Origin: Spirochaetia bacterium
Lineage (GTDB): Bacteria; Spirochaetota; Spirochaetia; SZUA-6; Bin103
DNA length: 64,000 nt
Reading direction: 5' to 3'
Assembly: GCA_965199955.1 (NCBI GenBank)
Contig: CBDATQ010000002.1
Span: 992,001 to 1,056,000, forward strand
The notes beneath the pieces are model-generated. The model saw only the letters and a list, made by a program, of their open reading frames with translations, ran no database searches and was not told the origin of the DNA. This document shows, in pieces, positions 54,972 through 64,000 of the stretch. The position numbers and the translations under genes are program-made. Position 1 is the first letter of the stretch, and each line of letters opens with the position of its first letter.

Positions 54972-55331
54972 TCATCGCCTCCCTGGTGGCGGTTCTGTGA
55001 CCCACACGGTCTCAGCGACCAGGGTCTTTGCAAAGCGATCCCCGCGGGCCAGCCGGTCGTGCCAGCCGCGCTCGGTGAAGACCGTGACCTCTGCCGGTAC
55101 GGGAAGATCCTCTGTCCTGCCGTGCCAGCTCGCGTCGCCGTCAACCAGCACCAACAGGTCGAGATCGCTGCCGACGCCCCAGTCGCCCCGCGCGTAGGAG
55201 CCGAAGTAGCCGACGGCGCGCACATCCGGTGACTGGCGGCAGGTGTGCGCGGTCCAGGCGACGACGGCGGCGTGAACCTGGTCGGCGTCAGGCCAGCGCA
55301 GTACGGACGAACTCAACGATCTGATTGGCAT
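54972..55331 (-). CDS. MNT minimal nucleotidyltransferase
   Basis: YFGSYARGD..SDLDLLVLVD. Confidence 0.85.
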   Translation of the reverse strand: MPIRSLSSSVLRWPDADQVHAAVVAWTAHTCRQSPDVRAVGYFGSYARGDWGVGSDLDLLVLVDGDASWHGRTEDLPVPAEVTVFTERGWHDRLARGDRFAKTLVAETVWVTEPPPGRR

Positions 55332-55665
55332 GCTCGATTGCCTCCGCGCTCTGTCGGGGGCCGTAGTGCTCGAAGGGTGGCCCCTCAGCGTGTCCGTTCG
55401 GGTACCGGGTCGGGACGTAGTAGTTGTCCAGCACGCGTGCCCGCTCTACCAGGTTCTCCCCCGCCGAATCGGGGAGATCGGCCAGCAGCCGTGTCAGGAC
55501 GTGCCCCTCCTGGCCACGAGCCAGGTGCAGCGCCTTCACCGCGAGCTCTGCGGCCTGGTGGGCGGCGAAGCACGCCCACTCGTGGCGCTTCTCCGTCTGA
55601 GAGGCCACCGCCTGGTCCAGGTTGCGCTCAGACTGTGCGAGCCAGTCGCGGGCTCTGTTTGGCAC
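55288..55665 (-). CDS. HEPN domain protein
   Basis: WACFAAHQAAELAVKA, LDNYYVPTRYPN; overlaps MNT. Confidence 0.85.
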   Translation of the reverse strand: MPNRARDWLAQSERNLDQAVASQTEKRHEWACFAAHQAAELAVKALHLARGQEGHVLTRLLADLPDSAGENLVERARVLDNYYVPTRYPNGHAEGPPFEHYGPRQSAEAIEHANQIVEFVRTALA

Positions 55666-55815
55666 GCCTACACTATACCGTCCGGCAGGAGCGTCGGCGC
55701 CGCATTACCTCGTGAATCCACTCGACAGGAGAGCAGCCTGGCCGACTCCGGCTGCAGCGACCACCGACGCGTGCCATCCGCAAATCGCGGCCGGCTCATG
55801 CCCGGTTGAGGGGGG

Positions 55816-55846
55816 TTGACCTTCCAGTCACTGGAATGTGTTCTAT
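55816..55846 (+). promoter_or_regulatory. Second CueR-type promoter upstream of cueR
   Basis: TTGACC-TTCCAGTCACTGGAATGTG-TTCTAT; TTCCAG/CTGGAA dyad in a 19-bp spacer. Confidence 0.75.
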
Positions 55847-55868
55847 CGGTTCCGGAGGGGGTGCAGTC

Positions 55869-56270
55869 GTGAACATCGGCGAAGTCGCGGAGGCGTGCGG
55901 TCTGCCGGCCAAGACGATTCGGTACTACGAGGAGATCGGCCTGGTCACCCCGGACCGGAAGGAGAACGGCTACCGGGACTTTCCGGAGGCGGAGGGGCAC
56001 AAGCTCGCCTTCGTGGCGCGGGCGCGATCGCTCGGCTTCTCGATCGAGGTCTGCCGCACGCTGCTCGCGCTCTACGACGATCCCCACCGCGCCAGCGGCG
56101 ACGTCAGGGAGATCGTGCGGAGCCATGTCCGTGGCATCGATCGCAAGATCGCGGAGCTCGAGGGCATGCGCGACACGCTCAACCACCTGGTGGAGCGCTG
56201 TCAGGGCGATGAACGTCCGGAGTGCCCGATCCTGGACGACTTGGCGAGCGCGCCGTGGATCAGGCGATGA
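55869..56270 (+). CDS. cueR: Cu(I)-responsive MerR-family regulator
   Basis: MNIGEVA..KTIRYYEEIGL, CQGDERPECPIL metal loop. Confidence 0.95.
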   Translation: MNIGEVAEACGLPAKTIRYYEEIGLVTPDRKENGYRDFPEAEGHKLAFVARARSLGFSIEVCRTLLALYDDPHRASGDVREIVRSHVRGIDRKIAELEGMRDTLNHLVERCQGDERPECPILDDLASAPWIRR

Positions 56271-56860
56271 AGCGGGGCCGGGACTCCGGCAAGCGGGACG
56301 GGAACATGAGGCGGCTGATTGTCCTGGCGGGCGCCCTGGTGGTGCTGGCCGGTGCGGGGGTGGGTGCGTTCGTGCTCTTCTGGCCCGAGCCCGATCCGTC
56401 GCCGACCGCGGCGGGAGCCCTGTTCCGGCCCGACGACCGCCGGGTCGTCGAAGAGGGCAGGTACCTGTATCGGGCGGCATGTGCGGAGTGTCACGGCGCC
56501 AACCTGGAGGGACAGCCGAACTGGCAGCAGCGTGGCGCTGACGGACTGATGCCCGCTCCTCCGCATGACGCGACCGGACATACGTGGCATCACCCCGATC
56601 AGGTATTGTTCGAGCTGACCAAGTACGGCATGCAGCGGTACGCCGGGCGCGACTACCGTTCCGCCATGCCCGCCTATCAGAAGACGCTGACCGACGACGA
56701 GATCATCGCGGTCATGTCGTACATCAAGAGCCGGTGGCCGGACTCGGTCCGCAGGCAGCACGACATGATCAACGCCAGGAATGCGGCGCAGTCCAGCCTG
56801 CATCGATGGGACGCGCTGGTCGCGCTGGCGGCCCGGGCCGCGAACGGGCGCCCGGGCTGA
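56267..56860 (+). CDS. Membrane-anchored mono-heme cytochrome c
   Basis: TM helix, CAECHG, PAPPHDATGHTWHH, MPAY. Confidence 0.85.
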   Translation: MKRGRDSGKRDGNMRRLIVLAGALVVLAGAGVGAFVLFWPEPDPSPTAAGALFRPDDRRVVEEGRYLYRAACAECHGANLEGQPNWQQRGADGLMPAPPHDATGHTWHHPDQVLFELTKYGMQRYAGRDYRSAMPAYQKTLTDDEIIAVMSYIKSRWPDSVRRQHDMINARNAAQSSLHRWDALVALAARAANGRPG

Positions 56861-58272
56861 TACGCGTCGAGCGTGGCCTGGAGCGGCGTACCGCCGAGGT
56901 GCGCGCGGGCCGGTCGGCTCTGCGCCGTGCGTGCCGGGCCCTGGGGATCGAGGAGCCGCGCTCGCTCTGGGTGGCATCCGGCGCGGGTGGCCGGTTCCGG
57001 CCGGCCGTGGCGGTGCGCCGATACCTCCCCGAGGAAGAGATCGAGGTGGTAGTCGACCTGTCGCAGGCTGCTGGCGGCGACGAGTTGGCCGACTCGTTCC
57101 GTACCGTGCTGGCCGGCGGAATCACCGACGAGGGTATCGGAGATCTGCCGTTCGGTGCCTTCGTTCCGTACCGGCAGAGTCCGATCTGGGGGTTGAACCG
57201 CGCCTTCTGGGAGCATGCCGACCGATACATGGCGGCCAGCGGAGGCGACTACCGCGACGCCGTCGGCGGGTCTCCCGACCTGATCCGGCCACTGGTGCGC
57301 GAGCGGGCCGAGCGCTTCTGTACGTCGCTGCGGATGGTTCGCGGCCGCCGGGAGTCGGGCGGAAGCGCGGAGTTGGCGTATCTGAGCGTCGGTGCCTCCG
57401 GTGTGGAGGGGCCGCGTCTGTTCGTGGAGGAGCTGCGCCGCGCCGCGGCGGCCGGGCGGGTCGACCTGGACGGGGTGTGGTGCCTGCTGGCGGACCTGTC
57501 GCCCGAGGTGTTGGGAAGAGTCCGCGCCGCGCTCGGCGACCGGCACGGCGCCCTTCGCATCGGTTATCTGCAATTCGACCTGAGCTCGCCGGAGGCAGTC
57601 CTCGATCCGTGGCGGGGCCGGATCCTGCACGCCCACGTCGGCAGCCTGTTCGACAACCTCCCGGCGGACCATGTCGAGTGGCTCGAAGGGCGCTGCTACC
57701 TGGTGGAGGGGTTGCTGCACCTGCCGGCGTCCGAGGCCGGAGCGCTCGCCGGTCGGTACGGCATCAGCGGCGGACTCCTGCGCGAGGCGCTCCACGGCCC
57801 GTCCGCCTCCCTGCCCGAGCGCCTGCATGCCATCGTGGGAGAGGAACGTGCCTGTCGTCTCTGGCAGGACCTCTACCGCGGATTGCGCATGGGCGAGCGG
57901 CTGGTCCCGCCTCCGACGGAAGCCGTGCCCGACAGCCTGCTCCGATGCCTGGCGGACGGGCGGATGGCGCTGTCCGGCGACGCGATCGACAGCGGAATGA
58001 CCCTGATCGGCCTGATGCAGGAGAGCGGCGTACTGGAGGTCGTCGACATCATGATCGCCGATCCTCGGGAGTATGCCGGCCGTTTTCGGACGACCGTAAA
58101 GTACGACGGCTCGGCCGTCGAGTGGTTCAACGCCGCCCTGTTCGAAGCGCGCGTGCGCGCAGAGATGCCGGGCTGCACGGTCGGCTACCGGCCGCTGGCG
58201 AAGTTCGGGAAGGCGTGGATGACCTGCATGGAGGTCCGTCGCGGAAGGATAGGGGGCGTGCGGACTTCCTGA
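56806..58272 (+). CDS. Hypothetical protein, possibly degenerate SAM-methyltransferase fold
   Basis: Long ORF; YLSVGASG, LLADLS, FDNLP resemble MTase motifs; start uncertain. Confidence 0.45.
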   Translation: MGRAGRAGGPGRERAPGLIRVERGLERRTAEVRAGRSALRRACRALGIEEPRSLWVASGAGGRFRPAVAVRRYLPEEEIEVVVDLSQAAGGDELADSFRTVLAGGITDEGIGDLPFGAFVPYRQSPIWGLNRAFWEHADRYMAASGGDYRDAVGGSPDLIRPLVRERAERFCTSLRMVRGRRESGGSAELAYLSVGASGVEGPRLFVEELRRAAAAGRVDLDGVWCLLADLSPEVLGRVRAALGDRHGALRIGYLQFDLSSPEAVLDPWRGRILHAHVGSLFDNLPADHVEWLEGRCYLVEGLLHLPASEAGALAGRYGISGGLLREALHGPSASLPERLHAIVGEERACRLWQDLYRGLRMGERLVPPPTEAVPDSLLRCLADGRMALSGDAIDSGMTLIGLMQESGVLEVVDIMIADPREYAGRFRTTVKYDGSAVEWFNAALFEARVRAEMPGCTVGYRPLAKFGKAWMTCMEVRRGRIGGVRTS

Positions 58273-58455
58273 GGAAAGCGGCATGCCCCGGAGCGCGCGG
58301 ACTAATCGTCTCATGGTGAGAACCTCCAATACGAACGCGACATAAGGGCGGCCGGTTCTCCGGGAAAACGGGGATCGTGAGCTTGACAGAACATGAGCGC
58401 GGGTTGCACATTTGCTCCGTCGGCGCGCTGCTGAGCGCATCGGCTAATTCTTTCT

Positions 58456-58527
<72 letters not shown>

Positions 58528-58529
58528 AG

Positions 58530-60023
58530 TTGCAACGGCGCGAGTCCGGACAGCGGGGCGGAACGGCCCCGGACGATGCCATCGCCTCCCGGTTCAACCA
58601 TGTCCGCGGGCTCGCGGTGCACCTGGTCGGCGTTGCCGGACAGGGAATGTCGGCTCTTGCCGAAGTGCTTCAGGCGCGGGGCGCTATCGTCACCGGTTCG
58701 GACGTCGACGAACCGTTCTTCACCACCCCGGTCCTGGAGCGGATCGGCGTGCCGGTGCTCCCGTTCGACCCGGGCAACGTGCGCGGTGCCGACCTCGTCG
58801 TCTACTCGGCAGCCTACGACCCCGCTCGCCACCCGGAGCTGCGTGCGGCTCGGGACGCCGGCCTGCCGCTCGCCAACTATCCGCAGGCGCTGGGGGGGCT
58901 GTCCGCGCACTGCGAAGCGGTCGCGGTGTGCGGCACGCACGGCAAGACCACGATCACGGCAATGCTGGGGACGCTGCTGGACGGCCTGGAGCTGCCGGCG
59001 ACCGTGCTGGTGGGCAGCCCGGTAGCAAGCTTCGGCGACCGCAGCACGCTCAACCGGGGCACCGAGCTCCTGGCGGCCGAAACCTGTGAGTACCGGCGCC
59101 ACTTCCTTCACTACCACCCCGACCGCATCGTGCTCTCCGGCGTCGAGTGGGAGCACGTGGACTACTTCGCCGACCACCACGACACGGTGGCGGCGTTCGT
59201 GGAGTTGTGCCGGCGGCTCCCGCCCGGCGGTGAGCTGGTCTACGACGCCGACGACGCCGGCGCGGCCACGGTCGCGGCGGCCGTCGCCGGTGAGCGCGCC
59301 GACGTGGTGCGCACCCCGGTGGGACGCACGGCTCCGGGCGCCTTCCGAATGGACGGCGTCACCCTGGCAGCGGGCCGGACCGTGTTCAGGCTCGCCGCGG
59401 TACCTGGAGAGCTCACCCTGCGCGTGCCGGGCGCCTACTCCGCCAAGGACGCCGCCCTGGCCGTTGCGGCGGCGACCTCCCTGCATCGCCGTCACCGCGG
59501 AGGCTCGCCCGAGCCGGCTTCCGTGGCGGGCGCGTTGTCCCGGTTCTCGGGGACGCGTCGGCGCAGCGAGGTGGTCGGCGAGGCAGGCGGCGTCACCTTC
59601 GTCGAGGACTACGGGCACCACCCGACCGAGATCCGCGTGACCCTGAGCGGGTTGCGGCGCTTCTTCGGGGACCGGCCGCTGGTCGTCGACTTCATGCCGC
59701 ACACCTACTCCCGTACCGGCCGGCTGCTCGAGGAATTCGCCACTGTCTTCGGCGACGCCGAGCGGGTCATACTCCACGACATCTATGCATCGGCCCGCGA
59801 ACGCAACGATTCCGGCGTCTCCGGTGAGGACCTGTTCCTGGCGGTCAGCCGCCGCCATCCGTCCGTCGCGTACACGTCGGGCGTTGACGACGGCGATGCC
59901 GTGCAGCTTGCGCAGCGTTCCGTGGGTCCCGGAGATGTGTTCGTGACCATGGGAGCCGGCGACAACTGGAAGCTCGGAGCACGTCTACGCGAACACCTGC
60001 TGCGGGCAGACCGTACCCGATGA
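58530..60023 (+). CDS. murC: UDP-N-acetylmuramate--L-alanine ligase
   Basis: GVAGQGMSALA, GTHGKTT, EDYGHHPTEI, PHTYSRT, MGAGD; start uncertain. Confidence 0.9.
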   Translation: MQRRESGQRGGTAPDDAIASRFNHVRGLAVHLVGVAGQGMSALAEVLQARGAIVTGSDVDEPFFTTPVLERIGVPVLPFDPGNVRGADLVVYSAAYDPARHPELRAARDAGLPLANYPQALGGLSAHCEAVAVCGTHGKTTITAMLGTLLDGLELPATVLVGSPVASFGDRSTLNRGTELLAAETCEYRRHFLHYHPDRIVLSGVEWEHVDYFADHHDTVAAFVELCRRLPPGGELVYDADDAGAATVAAAVAGERADVVRTPVGRTAPGAFRMDGVTLAAGRTVFRLAAVPGELTLRVPGAYSAKDAALAVAAATSLHRRHRGGSPEPASVAGALSRFSGTRRRSEVVGEAGGVTFVEDYGHHPTEIRVTLSGLRRFFGDRPLVVDFMPHTYSRTGRLLEEFATVFGDAERVILHDIYASARERNDSGVSGEDLFLAVSRRHPSVAYTSGVDDGDAVQLAQRSVGPGDVFVTMGAGDNWKLGARLREHLLRADRTR

Positions 60024-60904
60024 AGAGCATGACCGGCTTCGGGCGTGCGGAGCGGCACGTGCACGGCGTCGACGTCACCGCCGAGGCTCGCAGCTACAAC
60101 AACCGGTTTCTTGACGTGAGCGTGTCGGTGCCGAAGGAGCTGGGCGCCGCGGAGTCGGCGCTGCGGGCGCTGGTCTCCGGCCGGGTGTCGCGCGGGCGCG
60201 TGGAGCTGCAGATCCGCATGACCGGGGCGGCAGCCCGGCCGCGGGTGAGCACCGAGGGGGCGCGCGCGGCCGCCGAACTGCTCCGCTCGATCGCGCGCGC
60301 GGCCGGCGCACCCGAGGAGATAACCGTACGGGACATTCTGGAGGCCGACCGCCGGCTTGGCCTGGGAGTGGTAGACACAGGATCCGACGGGAGCGGACCG
60401 GACCCGGAGACTCATGCCGGCGTGCTGGAGGTCGCACAGTGCTGTCTGGAACGCCTGGACGCCGAACGCGACCGGGAGGGAGCGGAGCTGGAGGCCGATC
60501 TGTCCACATGCCTGGACCGGGTGGAGGAGGAGACGGCAGCCCTCTCCGGTTTGGCGGCGGAGTGGCAGGAACGGTTGGAGCGGGACGTGCAGGCGCGCAT
60601 GGAACGGCTGTTGTCCGCCGATGACGTCGCCGACCGGGTAGTGCCGGCGGTCGCGCTGCTGCTGGCTCGTTCCGATGTCGCCGAGGAGCTCAGCCGCCTG
60701 CGCGCTCACCTCGTCGGCATGCGCACGGGGATGGCCGCCGCCGAGGGCCCGCACGGCAAGAAGCTCGAGTTCTACTGCCAGGAGTTGCTCCGCGAGACCA
60801 ACACGATCGGCGCGAAGGCGTCAGCGGCGGAGGTCGACGGGCACGTTCTGACGGTCAAGGAGAATGTCGAGCGCATGCGCGAGCAGTTACGCAATGTCGA
60901 ATGA
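60020..60904 (+). CDS. yicC: YicC/YloC family endoribonuclease
   Basis: MKSMTGFG, NNRFLD, GKKLEFYCQELLRETNTIG, REQLRNVE. Confidence 0.9.
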   Translation: MKSMTGFGRAERHVHGVDVTAEARSYNNRFLDVSVSVPKELGAAESALRALVSGRVSRGRVELQIRMTGAAARPRVSTEGARAAAELLRSIARAAGAPEEITVRDILEADRRLGLGVVDTGSDGSGPDPETHAGVLEVAQCCLERLDAERDREGAELEADLSTCLDRVEEETAALSGLAAEWQERLERDVQARMERLLSADDVADRVVPAVALLLARSDVAEELSRLRAHLVGMRTGMAAAEGPHGKKLEFYCQELLRETNTIGAKASAAEVDGHVLTVKENVERMREQLRNVE

Positions 60905-61469
60905 GCGGAGCGAATCACACTCGGAGAGTGAGTACGGTGGTGACCTGGTGATCACGATCTCGGGCAAGTCGGGCTGCGGCAACTCGACCGTCTCCCGCAT
61001 GGTCGCGGAGCGCCTGGGCCTGCGTCACATAAACTTCACCCTGCGCGACCTGGCACGCGAGCGCGGTGTGAGCTTCGAGCAACTGTGGGAACGCGCCAAT
61101 TACGACCAGTCGGTCGATCACGACCTTGATCGCAGACTCATGGAACTCGCTGCCGACGGGGGATGCGTGCTCGGCACGCGGCTGGCGATCTGGCTGATCG
61201 AGGACCGGGACCTGTCGGTCTACCTGGAGGCGACCCAGCAGACGCGGGCGGCGCGCATCGCGTCACGGGAAGTCATGTCTTATGGGGCCGCGCTCACCGC
61301 CACCGATCAGCGCGATCGCCGCGATCGCAATCGCTATCTGCGACTGTACGACATCGACATCGATGACGCGTTGCAGGCCGACCTGGTCGTGGACACCGAG
61401 GAGCTCGACGAACACGCCGTGGTGGGCAAGATCATCGAGGCGCTGCGCGCCCGCAGCCTGCTCGACTGA
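60894..61469 (+). CDS. cmk: Cytidylate kinase-like (archaeal/spirochaete type)
   Basis: ITISGKSGCGNSTV, RLAIW, RYLRLYDID. Confidence 0.75.
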   Translation: MSNERSESHSESEYGGDLVITISGKSGCGNSTVSRMVAERLGLRHINFTLRDLARERGVSFEQLWERANYDQSVDHDLDRRLMELAADGGCVLGTRLAIWLIEDRDLSVYLEATQQTRAARIASREVMSYGAALTATDQRDRRDRNRYLRLYDIDIDDALQADLVVDTEELDEHAVVGKIIEALRARSLLD

Positions 61470-61530
61470 TCCGATGTGCCGGCGCCGGTGATTTGCCGGC
61501 GGCGCGCTCGATGGCGTACGCTATGCGGCG

Positions 61531-61731
61531 ATGATTCTGCCTCTTGACCTGTTGATAGCCGACGACTCGAACCGCTACGAGCTGTGCTCGGCGTCCATGC
61601 GCCGGGCCAACCAGCTCAGCCTTGCCGCCGACGAGGACGTGGAGGAGAACGGCGGCAAGGTGGTGTCCACCGCCGTCAAGCAGATCCTCACCAAGAAGGT
61701 CCGCTACGAGATAGAGCGCACAAACCTGTAG
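61531..61731 (+). CDS. rpoZ: RNA polymerase omega subunit
   Basis: 66 aa, NRYEL..RRANQL, KVVSTA; synteny. Confidence 0.8.
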   Translation: MILPLDLLIADDSNRYELCSASMRRANQLSLAADEDVEENGGKVVSTAVKQILTKKVRYEIERTNL

Positions 61732-61787
61732 TCGACGCGCAGCCTTCCCGGCCACCTGGCCTCCCGGGCCACTGAGCCTCCTGCGAC

Positions 61788-62684
61788 ATGCGCCGGCCGG
61801 TGCCGGTGATCTTCGGTCCGACCGCCGTGGGCAAGTCGGCAGCGATCGCTGCGGTGGCGGGGGAGCACGACGAGGTCGTCAGCGCCGATGCCCTGCAGGT
61901 GTACCGCCATCTTGACATCGGCACCGCAAAACCGACCCGAGCCGAGCGCAAACGGTTCCGCCACCACCTGATCGACATCGCCGAGCCTGACGAGCAGTTC
62001 GACGCCGGCCGCTTCGTCCGCTACGCGGATGCCGCGCTGGCCGACATCGCCGCCCGCGGACGCCGCGCGATCGTCGCCGGCGGGTGCGCGTATTACCTGC
62101 GCACCCTGGTGTGCGGACTGCCGGAGTCGCCGCGTGGTGACCCGGATATCCGCGCGCGGCTGACCCTGAGGCTGCACGGGGAAGGGAAAGAGACGCTGCG
62201 CCGCGAGTTGCAGGACGCCGACCCGGAGTCCGCTCGCCGCATTCATGCCAATGACACGTACCGGATCGTGCGGGCGCTCGAGGTACTGGCCGCCACCGGC
62301 CGGCCGCTCTCGTCGTTCCGGGTGCCCGATCGACCGGCCGATCCCGGCCGCTTCCGCCTGGTCGGGCTCCAGCGCCCGCGCGAGGAGCTGGTCGTCCGTA
62401 TCGACGCGCGGGTGGAGGCGATGCGCGCCGCTGGATTCGCGGAGGAAGTCCGCGAGCTGCTGACGCGCGGCTACGACCCCACGTGCCCGGGGCTGCGCGG
62501 CATCGGCTACCGGGAGCTCGCCGCGGCCGGCGGAACGGCCACGGCGGAAGTGTGGGATGCGATCAGACGCAGCACGCGACGCTACGCGAAGCGCCAGATG
62601 ACCTTCTTTCGGTCGCTTCCCGGCGTGAGCTGGATCGATGCCGATGACCGGGAGGCACTGCGGTCCTCGATCGGCAATCCCTGA
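61788..62684 (+). CDS. miaA: tRNA dimethylallyltransferase
   Basis: GPTAVGKS, SADALQVYRHLDIGTAKP, RYAKRQMTFF. Confidence 0.95.
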   Translation: MRRPVPVIFGPTAVGKSAAIAAVAGEHDEVVSADALQVYRHLDIGTAKPTRAERKRFRHHLIDIAEPDEQFDAGRFVRYADAALADIAARGRRAIVAGGCAYYLRTLVCGLPESPRGDPDIRARLTLRLHGEGKETLRRELQDADPESARRIHANDTYRIVRALEVLAATGRPLSSFRVPDRPADPGRFRLVGLQRPREELVVRIDARVEAMRAAGFAEEVRELLTRGYDPTCPGLRGIGYRELAAAGGTATAEVWDAIRRSTRRYAKRQMTFFRSLPGVSWIDADDREALRSSIGNP

Positions 62685-62709
62685 GCGAAGAGTCGCCGGA
62701 GTCGTTCTG

Positions 62710-62738
62710 TTGACAGCAGTTGACGTTCTGCCGATACT
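62710..62738 (+). promoter_or_regulatory. Sigma70-like promoter
   Basis: TTGACA - 17 nt - GATACT upstream of the bS22 ORF. Confidence 0.6.
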
Positions 62739-62776
62739 CCGCACTATCCCATCGACACCCCCCAACAGGAGCGCTG

Positions 62777-62866
62777 ATGCCTTGCGGTCGTAAACGCAAG
62801 CGGCACAAGATCGCTACGCATAAACGAAAGAAGAAACTGCGCAAGAATCGCCACAAGAAGAGATAG
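62777..62866 (+). CDS. AURKAIP1/COX24-domain small ribosomal protein (bS22), missed by ORF track
   Basis: MPCGRKRKRHKIATHKRKKKLRKNRHKKR*; AGGAG RBS. Confidence 0.9.
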   Translation: MPCGRKRKRHKIATHKRKKKLRKNRHKKR

Positions 62867-63033
62867 GACTCTGTCGGGTTGGCGCGTCAGCGGCCTGTCC
62901 GACGGAAGCCCTGTTTCGAGTGTGGAGATGAGCCTGCCGCGTGTGCCCGACCGTCACCATGCGGCCGACCGCGACCGTGCAGCCGAACCTGTCGATGGGG
63001 TGTCGGCCGCGGTCGCCGATGCGGGGCCGTACC

Positions 63034-63897
63034 ATGCAGATTCTCTGGAGTAGAGGCGCCAGGCCGGGGAAGGGCGAACGTGTCCTGGATCTGCGCCGCA
63101 AGGCGGTGATGGGCGTGATCAATCGCACGCCCGATTCGTTCTTTCCGGCCAGCCGGCATGCTTCCGCCGGAGAGGCGTGCCGGCAAGCGCAGGCGATGGC
63201 CGCTCGCGGCGCCGCCATCATCGACGTCGGCGGCGAGTCCACCCGGCCGGGATCCGATCCCGTCTCTGCGGACGACGAATGCCGGCGGGTGCTGCCGGTC
63301 ATCGAGCGCCTCCGTGCCGCCTGTGACGTCGCCATCTCGATCGACACGCAGAAGCCGATCGTTGCCCAACGCGCCCTCGATGCCGGCGCGGATCTCATCA
63401 ACGACGTGTCCGCGCTGGCCGACCCGCACATGCGGTCGCTGGCGGCCGAGCGGGACGTGCCCGTGGTGCTCATGCACATGCGCGGCACGCCCCGCACCAT
63501 GCAGCGTGCTCCCCGCTACGACGCGGTCATCGAGGAGGTCACGGCCGAGCTGCAGGCCGCGATCGACCGTGCGCTTGCGGCAGGCGTCCGCGAAGACCGG
63601 ATCATCGTCGATCCCGGCATCGGCTTCGGCAAACGGGTCCAGGACAACCTGGCGATCCTGCGTGGCGTCGGCGCGTTCCGCCGGCTGGGCCGGCCCGTGC
63701 TGATCGGACTCTCGCACAAGTCCTTTCTCGGAAAGGTTCTGGAGGACCGGCCGGTGGATGGTCGGCATACCGCGTCGATCGTTGGCGGCTGTCTTGCCCT
63801 CGCCGGGGGGGCCGATGTCATTCGCGTGCATGACGTGGCTGCCGCGGTCGATACCGTCAGAGTGCTGGAAGCCGTGATCGGAGGGACCCTGCGGTGA
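63034..63897 (+). CDS. folP: Dihydropteroate synthase
   Basis: MGVINRTPDSF, DVGGESTRPG, DPGIGFGK, IRVHDV. Confidence 0.95.
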   Translation: MQILWSRGARPGKGERVLDLRRKAVMGVINRTPDSFFPASRHASAGEACRQAQAMAARGAAIIDVGGESTRPGSDPVSADDECRRVLPVIERLRAACDVAISIDTQKPIVAQRALDAGADLINDVSALADPHMRSLAAERDVPVVLMHMRGTPRTMQRAPRYDAVIEEVTAELQAAIDRALAAGVREDRIIVDPGIGFGKRVQDNLAILRGVGAFRRLGRPVLIGLSHKSFLGKVLEDRPVDGRHTASIVGGCLALAGGADVIRVHDVAAAVDTVRVLEAVIGGTLR

Positions 63898-64000
63898 TCC
63901 TGGGGCTGGGAATCGACGTGGTCCACCCGCGGCGCCTGCGTCGCTGGCAGGAGTGGCCCGGCCTGTTCGAGCGCTTCTACCATCCCGATGAACTGGCAGA
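63894..64000 (+). CDS. acpS: Holo-ACP synthase, runs off window
   Basis: MILGLGIDVV..RF..E N-terminus; GTGA overlap with folP. Confidence 0.75.
   Translation, partial: MILGLGIDVVHPRRLRRWQEWPGLFERFYHPDELA

Overview
High-GC bacterial chromosome segment. The right end (tRNA-Glu, murC, yicC, cmk-like kinase with GKSGCGNST, rpoZ, miaA, bS22/AURKAIP1, folP, acpS) suggests a Spirochaetota-type host; this is an inference from gene order and motifs. Most of the window is accessory catabolism: sulfatases, PhyH/TauD dioxygenases, sialidase, GH4, hydrolases, MFS, a GldAFG-like ABC system and malate synthase, with many short gene relics in between. Position 35.8-45.4 kb is a decayed defence island: hsdM, an HI0074-type HEPN gene, and an MNT nucleotidyltransferase fused to hsdS that is split by two intact IS elements (IS1634 and ISNCY, each with IRs and 6-bp TSDs). 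It also has an XRE-HTH relic and an orphan RxxxxH protein, and no hsdR. Position 51.5-58.3 kb is a CueR/CopA copper module with two CueR boxes and a second HEPN-MNT pair inserted in it. Best novelty candidate: a HEPN toxin plus MNT-HsdS fusion that could 'guard' a type I RM system. Also notable: many apparently leaderless genes, a Nudix/radC/ITPase/hypoxanthine-glycosylase cluster, covarying IS leader hairpins and an in-frame TAG in a decarboxylase. All calls are from motif recognition by eye; no database searches were run.
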